A stretch of DNA of 64,000 nt from Candidatus Bathyarchaeia archaeon. GTDB taxonomy: Archaea; Thermoproteota; Bathyarchaeia; 40CM-2-53-6. Position 1 is the stretch's first letter, and every line of letters starts with the position of its first letter. The translations under genes were made by a program, and so were the position numbers. The stretch is taken from the NCBI GenBank assembly GCA_050013255.1, contig JBEKFP010000002.1, positions 32,001-96,000 of the forward strand, given 5' to 3'. The notes below the pieces were generated by a model. The model was not told where the DNA came from. It made no database searches and saw nothing but the letters and a program-made list of their open reading frames with translations. Below, piece by piece: positions 18,421 through 28,474 of the stretch.

Positions 18421-19674
18421 GTGAGCCATTTCACTCGCGTTAGGTACGAGTCGTTCATTCTAAGGCTTTCATTTCTCTTCGTTGGACAATTCTCTCTCTA
18501 CGAGGGGTTTCAAGATTGGAATCGCGGAAGGGCTGATATTCACCCAGAGGTTGCCCTTGCAACTTTGCTCATCTACGCCGTCTCGCTCTTCATAATTGCA
18601 CTGTCTCTGATGCCAGATGCAACGGTCTTCAAGCTCAAAGATTTCGCGCTCGTGCCGCTTGTACTAGCAACGATTACCAGTGTTTACGTAGTCGCAGAAA
18701 TTGCGTACAAGGGGTCCTATAGAACCGATGTGTTAGCCTTCAGCCAGTACGCAGCCATCTTAGTGACCAAGGGCCTTAACCCGTACACTCAAGACTTGAC
18801 GCCTGCCCTGTCCATGTTCGCCGTTCAGCCTTCAGACCTCACCCCCTTGGGCACAGGAAATTACCTAGCCACGTTCCAATATCCAGCCCTTCACTTTCTC
18901 GTCTTTGTTCCATTCGTCTTGATGGGCTTGAAAGACATGAGGTGGGTTCTGGTGATGTTTGAGTTAGGCATCATAGCCCTCCTGTACGTCAAATGCCCCG
19001 AAAACCTCAGGCCGATGCTGATCCTACCACTCTACGCAGGCTCAGACTTGATGATCAACTTTACCGCCTCGAGCGTATCTGACATGCTCTGGGTGCTTCC
19101 CCTAGTCTTGGTGGCATTCACAATAGACAAGAAACCAAAGCTATCAGGTGTCCTTTACGGTATTGCATGTGCGATAAAACAGCCGCCTTGGCTTCTCGCT
19201 CCGTTCATCATGATCTATTTGGTTCGAACGCAGCACACAAATGGGGCACGCAGGAAGCTAAAGAGAGTCGTAGAGTTCATTGGACCAGCGTTGGCCTTGT
19301 TCTTCCTTGTGAATTTGCCATTCGCATTCGGTGACGCACTCGGTTGGCTTCGGAACGTAGTCACGCCTGTCACCTCAGACCTAGTCATATTAAGTCAAGG
19401 GCCAGCTGTACTTTCGCAAGTGGGATTAATCGACGTAGGAAGAGCGTTCTACTCAGTATTGACTATTGGTGTGCTGGTCGTACTCGTCACGAACTACTAC
19501 ATCTACTTTAAACAACTGAGATACGTTGTTTGGATACTTCCAGGCGTTATTCTCTGGTTTTCATACCGCGCGCTAACAAGCTACGTAATCTACTGGATCC
19601 CACTCATGCTCGTCTCACTAATCTTATGGTACAATTCAGCCAGCAACCACGACAGCAGAAGGCGTCCGACTTGA
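18421..19674 (+). CDS. GT-C fold glycosyltransferase (GT87/PIG-M-like)
   Basis: Polytopic; YRTD...GLNPY...FQYP loop; AIKQPPW. Confidence 0.65.
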   Translation: MSHFTRVRYESFILRLSFLFVGQFSLYEGFQDWNRGRADIHPEVALATLLIYAVSLFIIALSLMPDATVFKLKDFALVPLVLATITSVYVVAEIAYKGSYRTDVLAFSQYAAILVTKGLNPYTQDLTPALSMFAVQPSDLTPLGTGNYLATFQYPALHFLVFVPFVLMGLKDMRWVLVMFELGIIALLYVKCPENLRPMLILPLYAGSDLMINFTASSVSDMLWVLPLVLVAFTIDKKPKLSGVLYGIACAIKQPPWLLAPFIMIYLVRTQHTNGARRKLKRVVEFIGPALALFFLVNLPFAFGDALGWLRNVVTPVTSDLVILSQGPAVLSQVGLIDVGRAFYSVLTIGVLVVLVTNYYIYFKQLRYVVWILPGVILWFSYRALTSYVIYWIPLMLVSLILWYNSASNHDSRRRPT

Positions 19675-20444
19675 AGGCCCGCCACATTCGCAGGTACTTT
19701 GCAACAGTGTCTGTGAGCATTCTCATATTGGTAGCAGCATTCGCCTTTGCGAATCTGCAAGGCACCTATTCCGCCCCGCCACCAATACTTGACCCAAACT
19801 TCAAACTCTGGGCCGATAGTTCCACGGGCCATCAGCTGATGGTATGGGGTCGCGAGTCCGTTAAAGGCTCATTCGATCGAGTGGCCCTAAACGAAACTGT
19901 AGCCAATGGTAGAAACGCAGTTGAACTGGGCGTCTTTCAAAGCGGCGAAGGGTCTGGGTGGGTGTACGAAGCGCTTACGCAGACCTTAGACGGAGGGCGC
20001 TTATCCGCGCTCTTCGGCTCGACCGTCGGACTATGGTTTATGAAAGAGCCTTGTCATTGTGACGATGATCCCTTCAACAGAACCGCAGTAACCCTCGTCG
20101 TAGAAGTCAATGACGGAACCCACACAATTAGCATTCTTTTCTCAGACAAGTTTACTGGAACTCTTACCATGCTGAATCACAGGATCGAGTTTAGGTCGAC
20201 CCCGTCGGGAACTTGGATATTCGAGGAGTTCAATTTCGCTAAAGAATACGCATCAGCTCACTGGCTCCTTCCCAACAGCTTAACCTTCAGGATTATTTTC
20301 GGAGTTGCGGAGGACTCCTCGGGCTGGCACTACGCATACCTAGATAGAATAACGATCACCAGCAACTATCTTCACACATCCCAGGGCACAATCTCGAGTC
20401 TGATACTCGTTCCCGCAACATTGACCTCTCGAAATTCTGACTAA
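19671..20444 (+). CDS. Exported beta-rich protein, unknown function
   Basis: TTG overlapping the upstream stop (TTGA); signal/TM SVSILILVAAFAFA. Confidence 0.6.
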   Translation: MKARHIRRYFATVSVSILILVAAFAFANLQGTYSAPPPILDPNFKLWADSSTGHQLMVWGRESVKGSFDRVALNETVANGRNAVELGVFQSGEGSGWVYEALTQTLDGGRLSALFGSTVGLWFMKEPCHCDDDPFNRTAVTLVVEVNDGTHTISILFSDKFTGTLTMLNHRIEFRSTPSGTWIFEEFNFAKEYASAHWLLPNSLTFRIIFGVAEDSSGWHYAYLDRITITSNYLHTSQGTISSLILVPATLTSRNSD

Positions 20445-20474
20445 AGACTTAAGCGTAGCCAAAGAAAACGCGGC

Positions 20475-21119
20475 ATGTGTATTGCTATGAACAGAAGAGA
20501 GACGAGGGTTGGACATGGCGATCTAGATTCAGAACATCTTCGATCAATGTATGGAACAAAAGGCCGATCAATACCAGTCATGAACGTGCTCTCCGTAATC
20601 TTCGGGATTTTGGCGATTAGTGTGCTTGCGACTTACTCCATCAGCCTTAACGCACCGTACATCATCGGAGAGAACTTGGTCAATGCTGAGGTCAATCTGG
20701 TTCTCTTCCAGTTCAAACCAATCACTCTGTTCACATACTTTTTCTTTCTATCCTTCGCGTTCGGGTTGAACTCACCAATATCGAAGCGGAGACTTCTGAG
20801 CATTGGGGACCAGTTGTTTGAATCGCTTTACGTAATCTCTTGGTTCTTCGTAATGCTAAGTGGATTTGAAGTCCTATATCACATCGTTCTCTGGTCCGCG
20901 GGATTATCAGTTCAAGGGTTACAGAACCCTGATATTATTGTGAACTGGTGGCCAGCTAACCCGTACGCGATAAATGTGGTGTTCGCCGCGAAGTTGGTGG
21001 TGTTAATCTTCGCAATCTCATGCTTCTCCGTCGACTACTTACGACGGGTTCGGACGACACGAGAGAAAGTCCGAGAGAGGCTGATGTCCTCCCATGAGCG
21101 AATGGGCTTCAAGAGCTGA
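20475..21119 (+). CDS. Membrane protein with about 4 TM segments, unknown function (true start probably later)
   Basis: Hydrophobic segments; LFQFKPITL and GFEVLYH motifs. Confidence 0.6.
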   Translation: MCIAMNRRETRVGHGDLDSEHLRSMYGTKGRSIPVMNVLSVIFGILAISVLATYSISLNAPYIIGENLVNAEVNLVLFQFKPITLFTYFFFLSFAFGLNSPISKRRLLSIGDQLFESLYVISWFFVMLSGFEVLYHIVLWSAGLSVQGLQNPDIIVNWWPANPYAINVVFAAKLVVLIFAISCFSVDYLRRVRTTREKVRERLMSSHERMGFKS

Positions 21120-22381
21120 AGTAGGTTCCACAAAATCAAGAGTGAAAAAGCTATCCCAGTAGCATAGACGGGGACCATAAGGTACCCTGCAGTCTGAATT
21201 TGCCTCCAAACGATGTCCGCCTGAAAATAGAGGTCATAGAAATACGGACTGGCCCATAAGATTGGGATTGCGAAATAGTAGAATGCGGAACGCAAGAATA
21301 TGAATATGAAAGGCGCAGCCCACAGCCTATAGTCGCATTTCTTGCATAATAGAATCAAAGGAAAAATCGCGACCAAGAATTGCTCATTCATGATTTTTCC
21401 GAAAAGAAAACTCATTAACATCACCGCCAACACTGCTTCGAGTAACGGGAGCCTTCGTCCGTACTTCAGAATAACGTATGCAACACCAATGATTGTAGCC
21501 GCGCTTGCGACTGTTGAGAGCAAAACATCAAAGATGACGTCAGGGACGTTCCAGATGAAATTATAGAGGTTAACGCCTCCCATGACTCGTAGGCCTTGGA
21601 AGACAACAACAACATTCCAGAACGCGGATGGGCTAACTATGAAATAGTATGCTACTGGGATGAGGGTAAAGGAAAAGCCCAGCAAAAATTCGCCGAGTTC
21701 CTTCCACCTACCTAATAATCGGTACACATAGAGCGGTGCCAGCACCGCGGTATACAGTTTCACTAGGCTCACGCCATACGTCAGGCCGGCCAGGAAATAC
21801 GATTGCTTTGAAAAGGTGAGATAACTGAGAAGCAGAAATATCGCCACAATAGCATCAAACATTCCCCACACCACGGAGATGAAGATCACATAGGGGCAGA
21901 ACGCGTAAATCTCAGCCTTTCGAAAATCAAGCCTAGCCAAAACGTAAACTACTGCGACATCAGCGATTACGATCGGAATTTTCAGCATGAAAATAGCTAG
22001 CAATGCCCAAGGGTAAATCAGAACGGGCAAACTTGGGGCGTGTCCGCCGATGATAACTAGCGAAGGCCCAGCCACGAGCGTGAAGAGCCAGTAGAATGGA
22101 ACAAACAAATAGATGAGTAGAGGATGATAGGCGTAACCTTCGAAAAACACAGGCAGCCCCGAGGCGTGTTGCATCAGTAGAGTCTGCTGATAGACGAAGT
22201 TGTAGACGTTTCCGCCGCTAAGAACGATTCGACTTGATTCATAAATTGTGCCCAAGTCGCCGGAATGCATGAAGAAAGGCGCTATCGCCAATCTAACTGC
22301 GAGAGCGGCGAGAACGAGCCTTATTCTTCTTTCCATGCTTTTCAACCAACAGCAGATAAAGGCATACGGCGGCAATCGCAA
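21035..22381 (-). CDS. GT-C fold glycosyltransferase (GT87/PIG-M-like)
   Basis: RLAIAPFFMHSGD, YAYHP, LKIPIVIAD, FCPYVIFISVVWGMFD, VKLY, MNEQF. Confidence 0.7.
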   Translation of the reverse strand: MRLPPYAFICCWLKSMERRIRLVLAALAVRLAIAPFFMHSGDLGTIYESSRIVLSGGNVYNFVYQQTLLMQHASGLPVFFEGYAYHPLLIYLFVPFYWLFTLVAGPSLVIIGGHAPSLPVLIYPWALLAIFMLKIPIVIADVAVVYVLARLDFRKAEIYAFCPYVIFISVVWGMFDAIVAIFLLLSYLTFSKQSYFLAGLTYGVSLVKLYTAVLAPLYVYRLLGRWKELGEFLLGFSFTLIPVAYYFIVSPSAFWNVVVVFQGLRVMGGVNLYNFIWNVPDVIFDVLLSTVASAATIIGVAYVILKYGRRLPLLEAVLAVMLMSFLFGKIMNEQFLVAIFPLILLCKKCDYRLWAAPFIFIFLRSAFYYFAIPILWASPYFYDLYFQADIVWRQIQTAGYLMVPVYATGIAFSLLILWNLLQLLKPIRSWEDISLSRTFSRVVRTRRK

Positions 22382-23135
22382 CTATTGGCAAGACATATGG
22401 GAGGTCAGTATAATTCCAAGTTGGAAAAGGCTGCTGGTTACTTCCAACCGACCCTGAGACCGCAAATTCCATTTCGCTGTTGACGTAATCTACTGTAATT
22501 CTATTGAAACCGTTCTCAAAAGGCCAGACCTCAATCTGGGACGGGACGCGAGACATCTTAACTGAGCCGCTTCCGGTTACGCCGGAGGATTGGTCGAGAA
22601 AAGTGAGGTCTAAGTTTTGAGAAATTGGGAGCACCGTAGGCTTGGGCGCCGTTGTGACATTTACTCCATTGACTGAGGTAAACACCCACTTCCACATTTC
22701 GATGTGGACTGCGATTTCCTTGTTTGCAACGATTTTAACTGAGACATAATCTCTTGTGGGCACCTCCACAAATTTGTGAATAACCAAGCCATGGCCGGTG
22801 TAGGTTACATCCAGAGCCTTGGGAGAAGTGCCAATCGACACGTTGAAGTCGTTAAACAAATTGTAACCGTTCACATAGCTCGTCCAGTCGCTGAACTCAA
22901 TCAGGCTGATTCGTTCGTTTGGAACCAAGGACGGGTTTATGTGAATATTCGGTTTGCTGCTCCCATCGTAAGGGTCATTAAACAAAACAAAGTAGCTTGG
23001 GCTCTGGAAGGCATAAGCGCCAAGGCCATACCCTAACCAACGACTTTGAGCAATGAAGGTCTGGTGAATCAAGGGTATGAAGCTGAGCGCGACAACGTAT
23101 AGGACGAAAAATGTTGTTAGACGTCGCAGCTTCAA
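22293..23135 (-). CDS. Exported protein with N- and C-terminal TM segments
   Basis: Two hydrophobic ends with a basic tail; upstream of and overlapping the GT-C gene. Confidence 0.6.
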   Translation of the reverse strand: MKLRRLTTFFVLYVVALSFIPLIHQTFIAQSRWLGYGLGAYAFQSPSYFVLFNDPYDGSSKPNIHINPSLVPNERISLIEFSDWTSYVNGYNLFNDFNVSIGTSPKALDVTYTGHGLVIHKFVEVPTRDYVSVKIVANKEIAVHIEMWKWVFTSVNGVNVTTAPKPTVLPISQNLDLTFLDQSSGVTGSGSVKMSRVPSQIEVWPFENGFNRITVDYVNSEMEFAVSGSVGSNQQPFPTWNYTDLPYVLPIVAIAAVCLYLLLVEKHGKKNKARSRRSRS

Positions 23136-23300
23136 AGAAAAACCAATTGCTCCTTACATTTCACTTTCTTGCAGGAAGCATTCAACTCATAGCTAGCCAA
23201 ATGAATATTTGACCTGCACCGACGTTTTTCACGTGCTTGAGTCGACTATTATAGAGTTTCTATGGATGGCTAGCCATTCTGTGAGAGTTGCCTAGGGCGG

Positions 23301-26162
23301 TTATGTGGGCCTACTCCGTCTCTTCTCCGAGTATTGGCGATTATCTTCTGCACGGGTTCTGTGGATAGGACTGAGGTTCCAAAGAACAGTGAGCCCAAAG
23401 AGGAATGATCCAAAAAGTAAGAGAGCAATGTTCGTTCCCACCGATTCGTAACTCGGGAATGGAACCCACTCCGCCTGTATGGTTTTCGGCGAATTTGCAC
23501 TTAGGAGAATTCTAGCGTCGCTACTGTTCACATCGCCCCGCCATTGTGCGAATATTACTTTTGATTCGTTGGCTACCGGAGGCTCGACCGATGCGGCCGC
23601 TGTACTATTTTCGTCGTACCACCCGGATCCTGATGGCGTCCCGTATGCCGAGGTTACGTTGACAAAGTATTGTATTCGGTAATTGGCAAGTATGCTAGTG
23701 TCATTGTGAAGGGTGATCAGTCTTGTTGCATCAGTGCTGCCATCCTCCCAACCTGTAAAGACCACTCTCGTTTGCGAAGTTAGGTAGGTCACGGGTTCGA
23801 CTTGGACGGTGTGCGGTCCCTGTTTGGTTTCTAGATAAATGCTACCTGTGTCTGGAATTTTGAATTCACTTCCGTCGAATGCGAATGAGGTGCCTGGAAC
23901 GGTTGATGCGACTGTGACCTTGATTGTGTCGAGGACCTTCGTGTTTGTCAGGAGAGGGCCGGCAAGCAGTTTCCAACCGTCCCCTGGCTCTGTTACTATG
24001 ATGATGGCGAGGGGAAGTTTAGTTGAATTGGGCGGAGGCAAGAAAGCGAGAAGCAGCACGTGGGGGCCGCTTCTGGCAAGAAAGACTTGGCTACCTTCGA
24101 TCTCTCCTCGCTGAGTGTTGAAGGCAATTACTTGCGCCGTTCCTGTCGCATGATTGTCGTTTGAGAGCACAACTCTTACCATCACAATCGTAGCTGTGGA
24201 TACCTCGGTGGGCGCGGTTGCTGACGTTAGGTCAAGGCCAGGGGCCACAGGCGCTGATGTATTTTCAGCCGCGTGCGTGATCACCTCTAGGTCCTTATCG
24301 GTAAATTGGAGCGCCTTCACGTTGCTAACGAAGTTTACCAGAATTCCCTCAGCTTGCGTATCGTACACCCCCGTCTCATACACCGTCCATACCTCGTGGC
24401 CCATCTCCTCGATTACCTGGAAGTTCTTGTGGAGGTAGGACGAATTATGCCAGCCGTCTTTCGGAGCGTCCAAGAAGAACTCATACCCCGTGCTGACATA
24501 CGCCGGTGTTTCTATACTTCCCCCGTAAAGAACCAACAGACTCGCTTTCATTCGATACGCACTCTTCGATACGAGGTCGGACAACTTCGGTGTAATGAGC
24601 ACAAGTCCATCTGGGCTCACCCATTCCTCGGGAGCGCGTATGGAAACTTCCATAGCTGCAACCTGAGCCCCCGTAGAGTAACCTACAAGAAACGTGTGAG
24701 CATATCCTTGCTTTCTGATCCAATCATGGACATCACCAATGATTCTGGAATCCATCCGGTATGGCTCTTGATAGATCGTGCGATTTGACTCGGGGCTATA
24801 GTATTCGTATGAGCCTTTCTGAAGCGCGATTAGGCAGTAGTATGTAGTCAGGTGTTGAATGAACTTGATTGTCCCGAAGGACTCGTACTCGAAGGGGTTA
24901 ATCATGTAGGAATAGTAACCTATCTCTTGTTCATCCGTTGTCCCGCCGCCAAGCCAGATTAGGCAAGTATCGCTAGCAGTATTGTTCCAATAGTACCAAG
25001 AAGCGTCACCGATCTTTACAATCGACCTTACCGGCTGGTTTGGAAGTTGGGCGTGCGTCGAGGGAATCCGAATCAGAAGTAGGATCAAGATTGTTGCGAC
25101 CAGTATCAATCTTGCCCACTGTTGGACACGGTGGGGTGGTAGTCGTGGGGCACGCCCCCTGAGATTGCGGCGAATCGCTCTGATGAGTAGGATCAAACTA
25201 CCAAGCATTAGAGCGCTGAATATGACGAGTGAGACTGTTGCTGTTCGTGAAGGTACCCAACGCGCCTGCACGTTCTTCGGCCCATCCATGACTACTGATG
25301 CGAGCGCGTCGCTGGAGCCAATGTCACCTGACCAACCTGCGAATCTATAGGCCCCCACCAGTAGCTCCAACCAATCCAAGCTGCTGGAAGCTGGGACGAC
25401 AGTGAAGCTCGGATTCGAACCTGCGGGATACCATCCTTGACCGGCACTTAGGCCATGCTCAGATTTCACCGAAAGGTAGTATTCCGTGCGGTACAGAGCC
25501 GTTAGGTTCGCGGTATTGCTGATTACGAGCAAACGTGGATTGGAGGCGACGCCGTCACTCCAACCAACGAACACAAAGCGTTCACCAGTTTCACCAGGGA
25601 TCAATTGCGTCGCGGCTAGGCGATGAACGCCCGGTGTGACTGAGAGATTAATGGGACCGGCAGCATTTACAGGGTATGTGATGCCATCCAAACCGATCGA
25701 TGAAGGTGGACCTGAAGAAGCTAATGTTAAGGCAGCAGCATTGGACACGTCGACCTTGAAAGAGCTTGAACCTTCGAGCGGGTCCTGGTACCATGCGTTC
25801 TGCCACCAGATTCTCGTAATCGCAAGGAGGTGCCATTCGGTCGTCTCGGCGGGGGCTGTCAAATTGAATGCGAAAGTCATTGGCCCTGTGTCGCGCAGAG
25901 GAATCGATATGCTCTGTACGATGACTCCACTCTCAACATCCCAAATGCCCATGTCCACTCCGACTTTATCTGAATAGTCAGCAACAACGGTCACTAGAAA
26001 AACTGTGCCCGATAGAACGTGGCGAGGGTAATTCATGGAGGTGATCTTAGCTATCGGTGGGGACGCGTAAACGTAGCCTAATTGAAGAGATGCAGAAAGG
26101 ATCAGAGCTCCAATGGCTGCAACTATCATCAGCGATTTCTTGTGAGGCACGCGGATCCGCAC
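23301..26162 (-). CDS. 953-aa membrane-anchored surface protein with alpha/beta-hydrolase domain and GSGWY-type repeats
   Basis: LVGYSTGA nucleophile elbow, MGHEVW His; YGTPSGSGWY repeat; internal TM pair; C-terminal TM. Confidence 0.7.
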   Translation of the reverse strand: MRIRVPHKKSLMIVAAIGALILSASLQLGYVYASPPIAKITSMNYPRHVLSGTVFLVTVVADYSDKVGVDMGIWDVESGVIVQSISIPLRDTGPMTFAFNLTAPAETTEWHLLAITRIWWQNAWYQDPLEGSSSFKVDVSNAAALTLASSGPPSSIGLDGITYPVNAAGPINLSVTPGVHRLAATQLIPGETGERFVFVGWSDGVASNPRLLVISNTANLTALYRTEYYLSVKSEHGLSAGQGWYPAGSNPSFTVVPASSSLDWLELLVGAYRFAGWSGDIGSSDALASVVMDGPKNVQARWVPSRTATVSLVIFSALMLGSLILLIRAIRRNLRGRAPRLPPHRVQQWARLILVATILILLLIRIPSTHAQLPNQPVRSIVKIGDASWYYWNNTASDTCLIWLGGGTTDEQEIGYYSYMINPFEYESFGTIKFIQHLTTYYCLIALQKGSYEYYSPESNRTIYQEPYRMDSRIIGDVHDWIRKQGYAHTFLVGYSTGAQVAAMEVSIRAPEEWVSPDGLVLITPKLSDLVSKSAYRMKASLLVLYGGSIETPAYVSTGYEFFLDAPKDGWHNSSYLHKNFQVIEEMGHEVWTVYETGVYDTQAEGILVNFVSNVKALQFTDKDLEVITHAAENTSAPVAPGLDLTSATAPTEVSTATIVMVRVVLSNDNHATGTAQVIAFNTQRGEIEGSQVFLARSGPHVLLLAFLPPPNSTKLPLAIIIVTEPGDGWKLLAGPLLTNTKVLDTIKVTVASTVPGTSFAFDGSEFKIPDTGSIYLETKQGPHTVQVEPVTYLTSQTRVVFTGWEDGSTDATRLITLHNDTSILANYRIQYFVNVTSAYGTPSGSGWYDENSTAAASVEPPVANESKVIFAQWRGDVNSSDARILLSANSPKTIQAEWVPFPSYESVGTNIALLLFGSFLFGLTVLWNLSPIHRTRAEDNRQYSEKRRSRPT

Positions 26163-26342
26163 CTGGGATATCTGAGCTCAGGTGTGGTGTATTCAAAGCC
26201 ACCGCAACTTGAACGCTGGTAACGCTTCTTTTCGGTCGTATTAGAATGGACCGAGGAGCTTGTTTCGGACGGAATGCTTGGTCTGCCCAAGATGGAGAAT
26301 CTTTAGAAAGTTTCTAAAGATAGATGTGGTCGACTTGGCGCT

Positions 26343-27650
26343 ATGGCTCCTGCATCGTGGCGGTATGCGTTCCGTGGCTTCTGGGAACTCGCCCACCGCG
26401 ACAGTGCGTTCAAAATAATCCTTCTTGTCGCCACAACTCTCTGGGTTTATTCATCAATCTTGAAGCTACCCTTTGTGCAGCCAAGCAACTATAGCGACGT
26501 AGGCTGGCTGTGGATTCGAGACGTATACCAGGGACACCATAATCTACAGATACCTTACGTGCAGTACGAGCTTGAATACCCGCAGGTTATCGGTTTTCTC
26601 ATTTTTCTCGGTCAGGCAATATCCACATACTTTCCAGTAGTGGTCGACCAGTATAACACATTCGTCGTAGCGGAATCCGTTCTACAATATCCGTTCATGA
26701 TTGGAACACTCTTCAACCTGTACATGTTGTGTGGTAAGCTCCGGCTGAACCGGAATCGGTTGTACCTCTACGCGCTTTCAACCCTCACCTTCGTCATCTA
26801 TGGGTTCTACAACTGGGATTTCGTAGTGGCTTATTTTGTCAGCCTGACGATTTGGCTGTACCTCGACAAGAGGTTTGACGCAAGTGCACTAACTCTAACA
26901 GCAGCTGTTCTGACGAAGTTTATTCCAGGCATAATGTACTTTGCAATGGTCGCCGGGCTTCCGAACAATAAGGCTCGACTAAGGTTCACAGCAATTGCTG
27001 CGGGAACCTGGATCCTCGCGAACGCACCTTTCGCGGCCCTCAATTTCAGCGTCTGGATTAAGCTGTTCATAGGATACTCTGGGCCCAATCATCAGTTACA
27101 GAACACTTGGATTTCATGGGTCATAACTACAGCAGGCCTTGGCGACATAGTCTCAGGCGCAAGATACGGACAGATTCTGAGTTTCATAATTATCGGGTAC
27201 TTGATCATGCGGGCCGTGGTCAGCAGGAAGACACCTCTGGAAAAAATCCTTCTCTCATGGTACGCATGGTACGGAGCAATCTACCTGTTTGACCCTCAGA
27301 TGTTCATCCAGCTCTTTCCCATTGTAATCTTAACTCCGAACCTCAATTTCCTCTTCTACAGAATTGCGGATGTACTGAACGGATTCATAATCCTGTTCTA
27401 CTTCATCGGTGGTGGTCATCCCGGATTTCCAAGATACGTAACTGACCAGCTCACACCGTTTGGGCTGGTCAACATGTCAGCCGCGTTCCGGCAACTCATA
27501 TTTCTAGGAGCCTATTTCGTCTGCTTTAACCCGAAGTTACAGAAAAGGCTGAAACGCATGGCGGGAGCTCTGGCCGCGCCTGTTTGGGAGCTGGGCTTTC
27601 TCTTAGAAAAATTCACCTCCGGCTTGCTTGAACCGTTGACGAAGGCTTAG
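26343..27650 (+). CDS. GT-C fold glycosyltransferase, GT87 (DUF2029)-like
   Basis: NYSD...IPY...LEYP loop, YNWD, LTKFIP, FDPQM; polytopic. Confidence 0.75.
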   Translation: MAPASWRYAFRGFWELAHRDSAFKIILLVATTLWVYSSILKLPFVQPSNYSDVGWLWIRDVYQGHHNLQIPYVQYELEYPQVIGFLIFLGQAISTYFPVVVDQYNTFVVAESVLQYPFMIGTLFNLYMLCGKLRLNRNRLYLYALSTLTFVIYGFYNWDFVVAYFVSLTIWLYLDKRFDASALTLTAAVLTKFIPGIMYFAMVAGLPNNKARLRFTAIAAGTWILANAPFAALNFSVWIKLFIGYSGPNHQLQNTWISWVITTAGLGDIVSGARYGQILSFIIIGYLIMRAVVSRKTPLEKILLSWYAWYGAIYLFDPQMFIQLFPIVILTPNLNFLFYRIADVLNGFIILFYFIGGGHPGFPRYVTDQLTPFGLVNMSAAFRQLIFLGAYFVCFNPKLQKRLKRMAGALAAPVWELGFLLEKFTSGLLEPLTKA

Positions 27651-28374
27651 CTTGCGAACTCAGCTTAACGAGGTCCGCGAGCATTTTGAACGATTGGCTG
27701 CCCAATTTCAGCTTTGACTTCCCGATCACCCTGTCCCTGAATACGATTGGAATCTCGGTTGTCCTATACCCTTTCCAGTACGCCTTAACGATGAACTCCA
27801 TGAAAAACGAATTTCCCTGCGACTCCGTTTTAACTTCCCATACTGCTTCCCGTCGAATGGCACGCAAGGCTGTGGTGAAGTCGTGTACCGGTACACGTGA
27901 TAGCAGGACTATGAAGATGTTTCCCAGCCTACTGGCAATACTCTTCTTCAAGGTTTGGAATGATTTCACTTCATACTGGCCGCCCTTAATGTATCGTGAG
28001 CCGACGACCAAGTCATACCCCTCTCTGATTTTTGCGACGAAACGAGGTATGTCGTACGGGTTGTGAGAGAAGTCAGTATCCATCCCTACGATGATGCCGC
28101 CCTTGGCGAATCTGTAACCGTCAGCATGGGCGGAGCCGGGTCCCATCTTTCTGCGGCGCCAGAGTAATCGAACATTCCCATATTTCCTGCCTAGCTTCCT
28201 CACCAAGTCAGAAGTACCATCAGGCGAGTTGTCGTCTACTACAACAATCTCTCCCCGAATCTTACTACGCTTCAAAATACCTTCAATAATTGGAATCAGC
28301 TTAGACACATTTTCGCGCTCATTGTAAGTTGAAAGGACTACTGAAACCAGCCCTCTTCGCGTTCGGGCGTGCAT
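27613..28374 (-). CDS. Polyprenol/dolichol-phosphate mannose synthase-like GT2 (DPM1-like)
   Basis: TYNERENV, VVDDNSPDGT, MDTDFSHNP, VGSRYIKGG, EIPIVFRDR..GKSKL. Confidence 0.85.
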   Translation of the reverse strand: MHARTRRGLVSVVLSTYNERENVSKLIPIIEGILKRSKIRGEIVVVDDNSPDGTSDLVRKLGRKYGNVRLLWRRRKMGPGSAHADGYRFAKGGIIVGMDTDFSHNPYDIPRFVAKIREGYDLVVGSRYIKGGQYEVKSFQTLKKSIASRLGNIFIVLLSRVPVHDFTTALRAIRREAVWEVKTESQGNSFFMEFIVKAYWKGYRTTEIPIVFRDRVIGKSKLKLGSQSFKMLADLVKLSSQAKPSSTVQASRR

Positions 28375-28474
28375 TAATCATCCAGCCACAATGGTGATTA
28401 GGCCTGCTTTCTACCTTTATCGATTAAATCCCAACGGCTAGATGATTAGCAGAACGGAGGCTCTCTGTAGGTCC

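Noticed and set aside
23986-23996. GGCTCTGTTAC resembling a TIR start (also AACAGAACC at about 20076)
   Set aside because: Short matches inside intact coding regions, with no partner end or TSD seen
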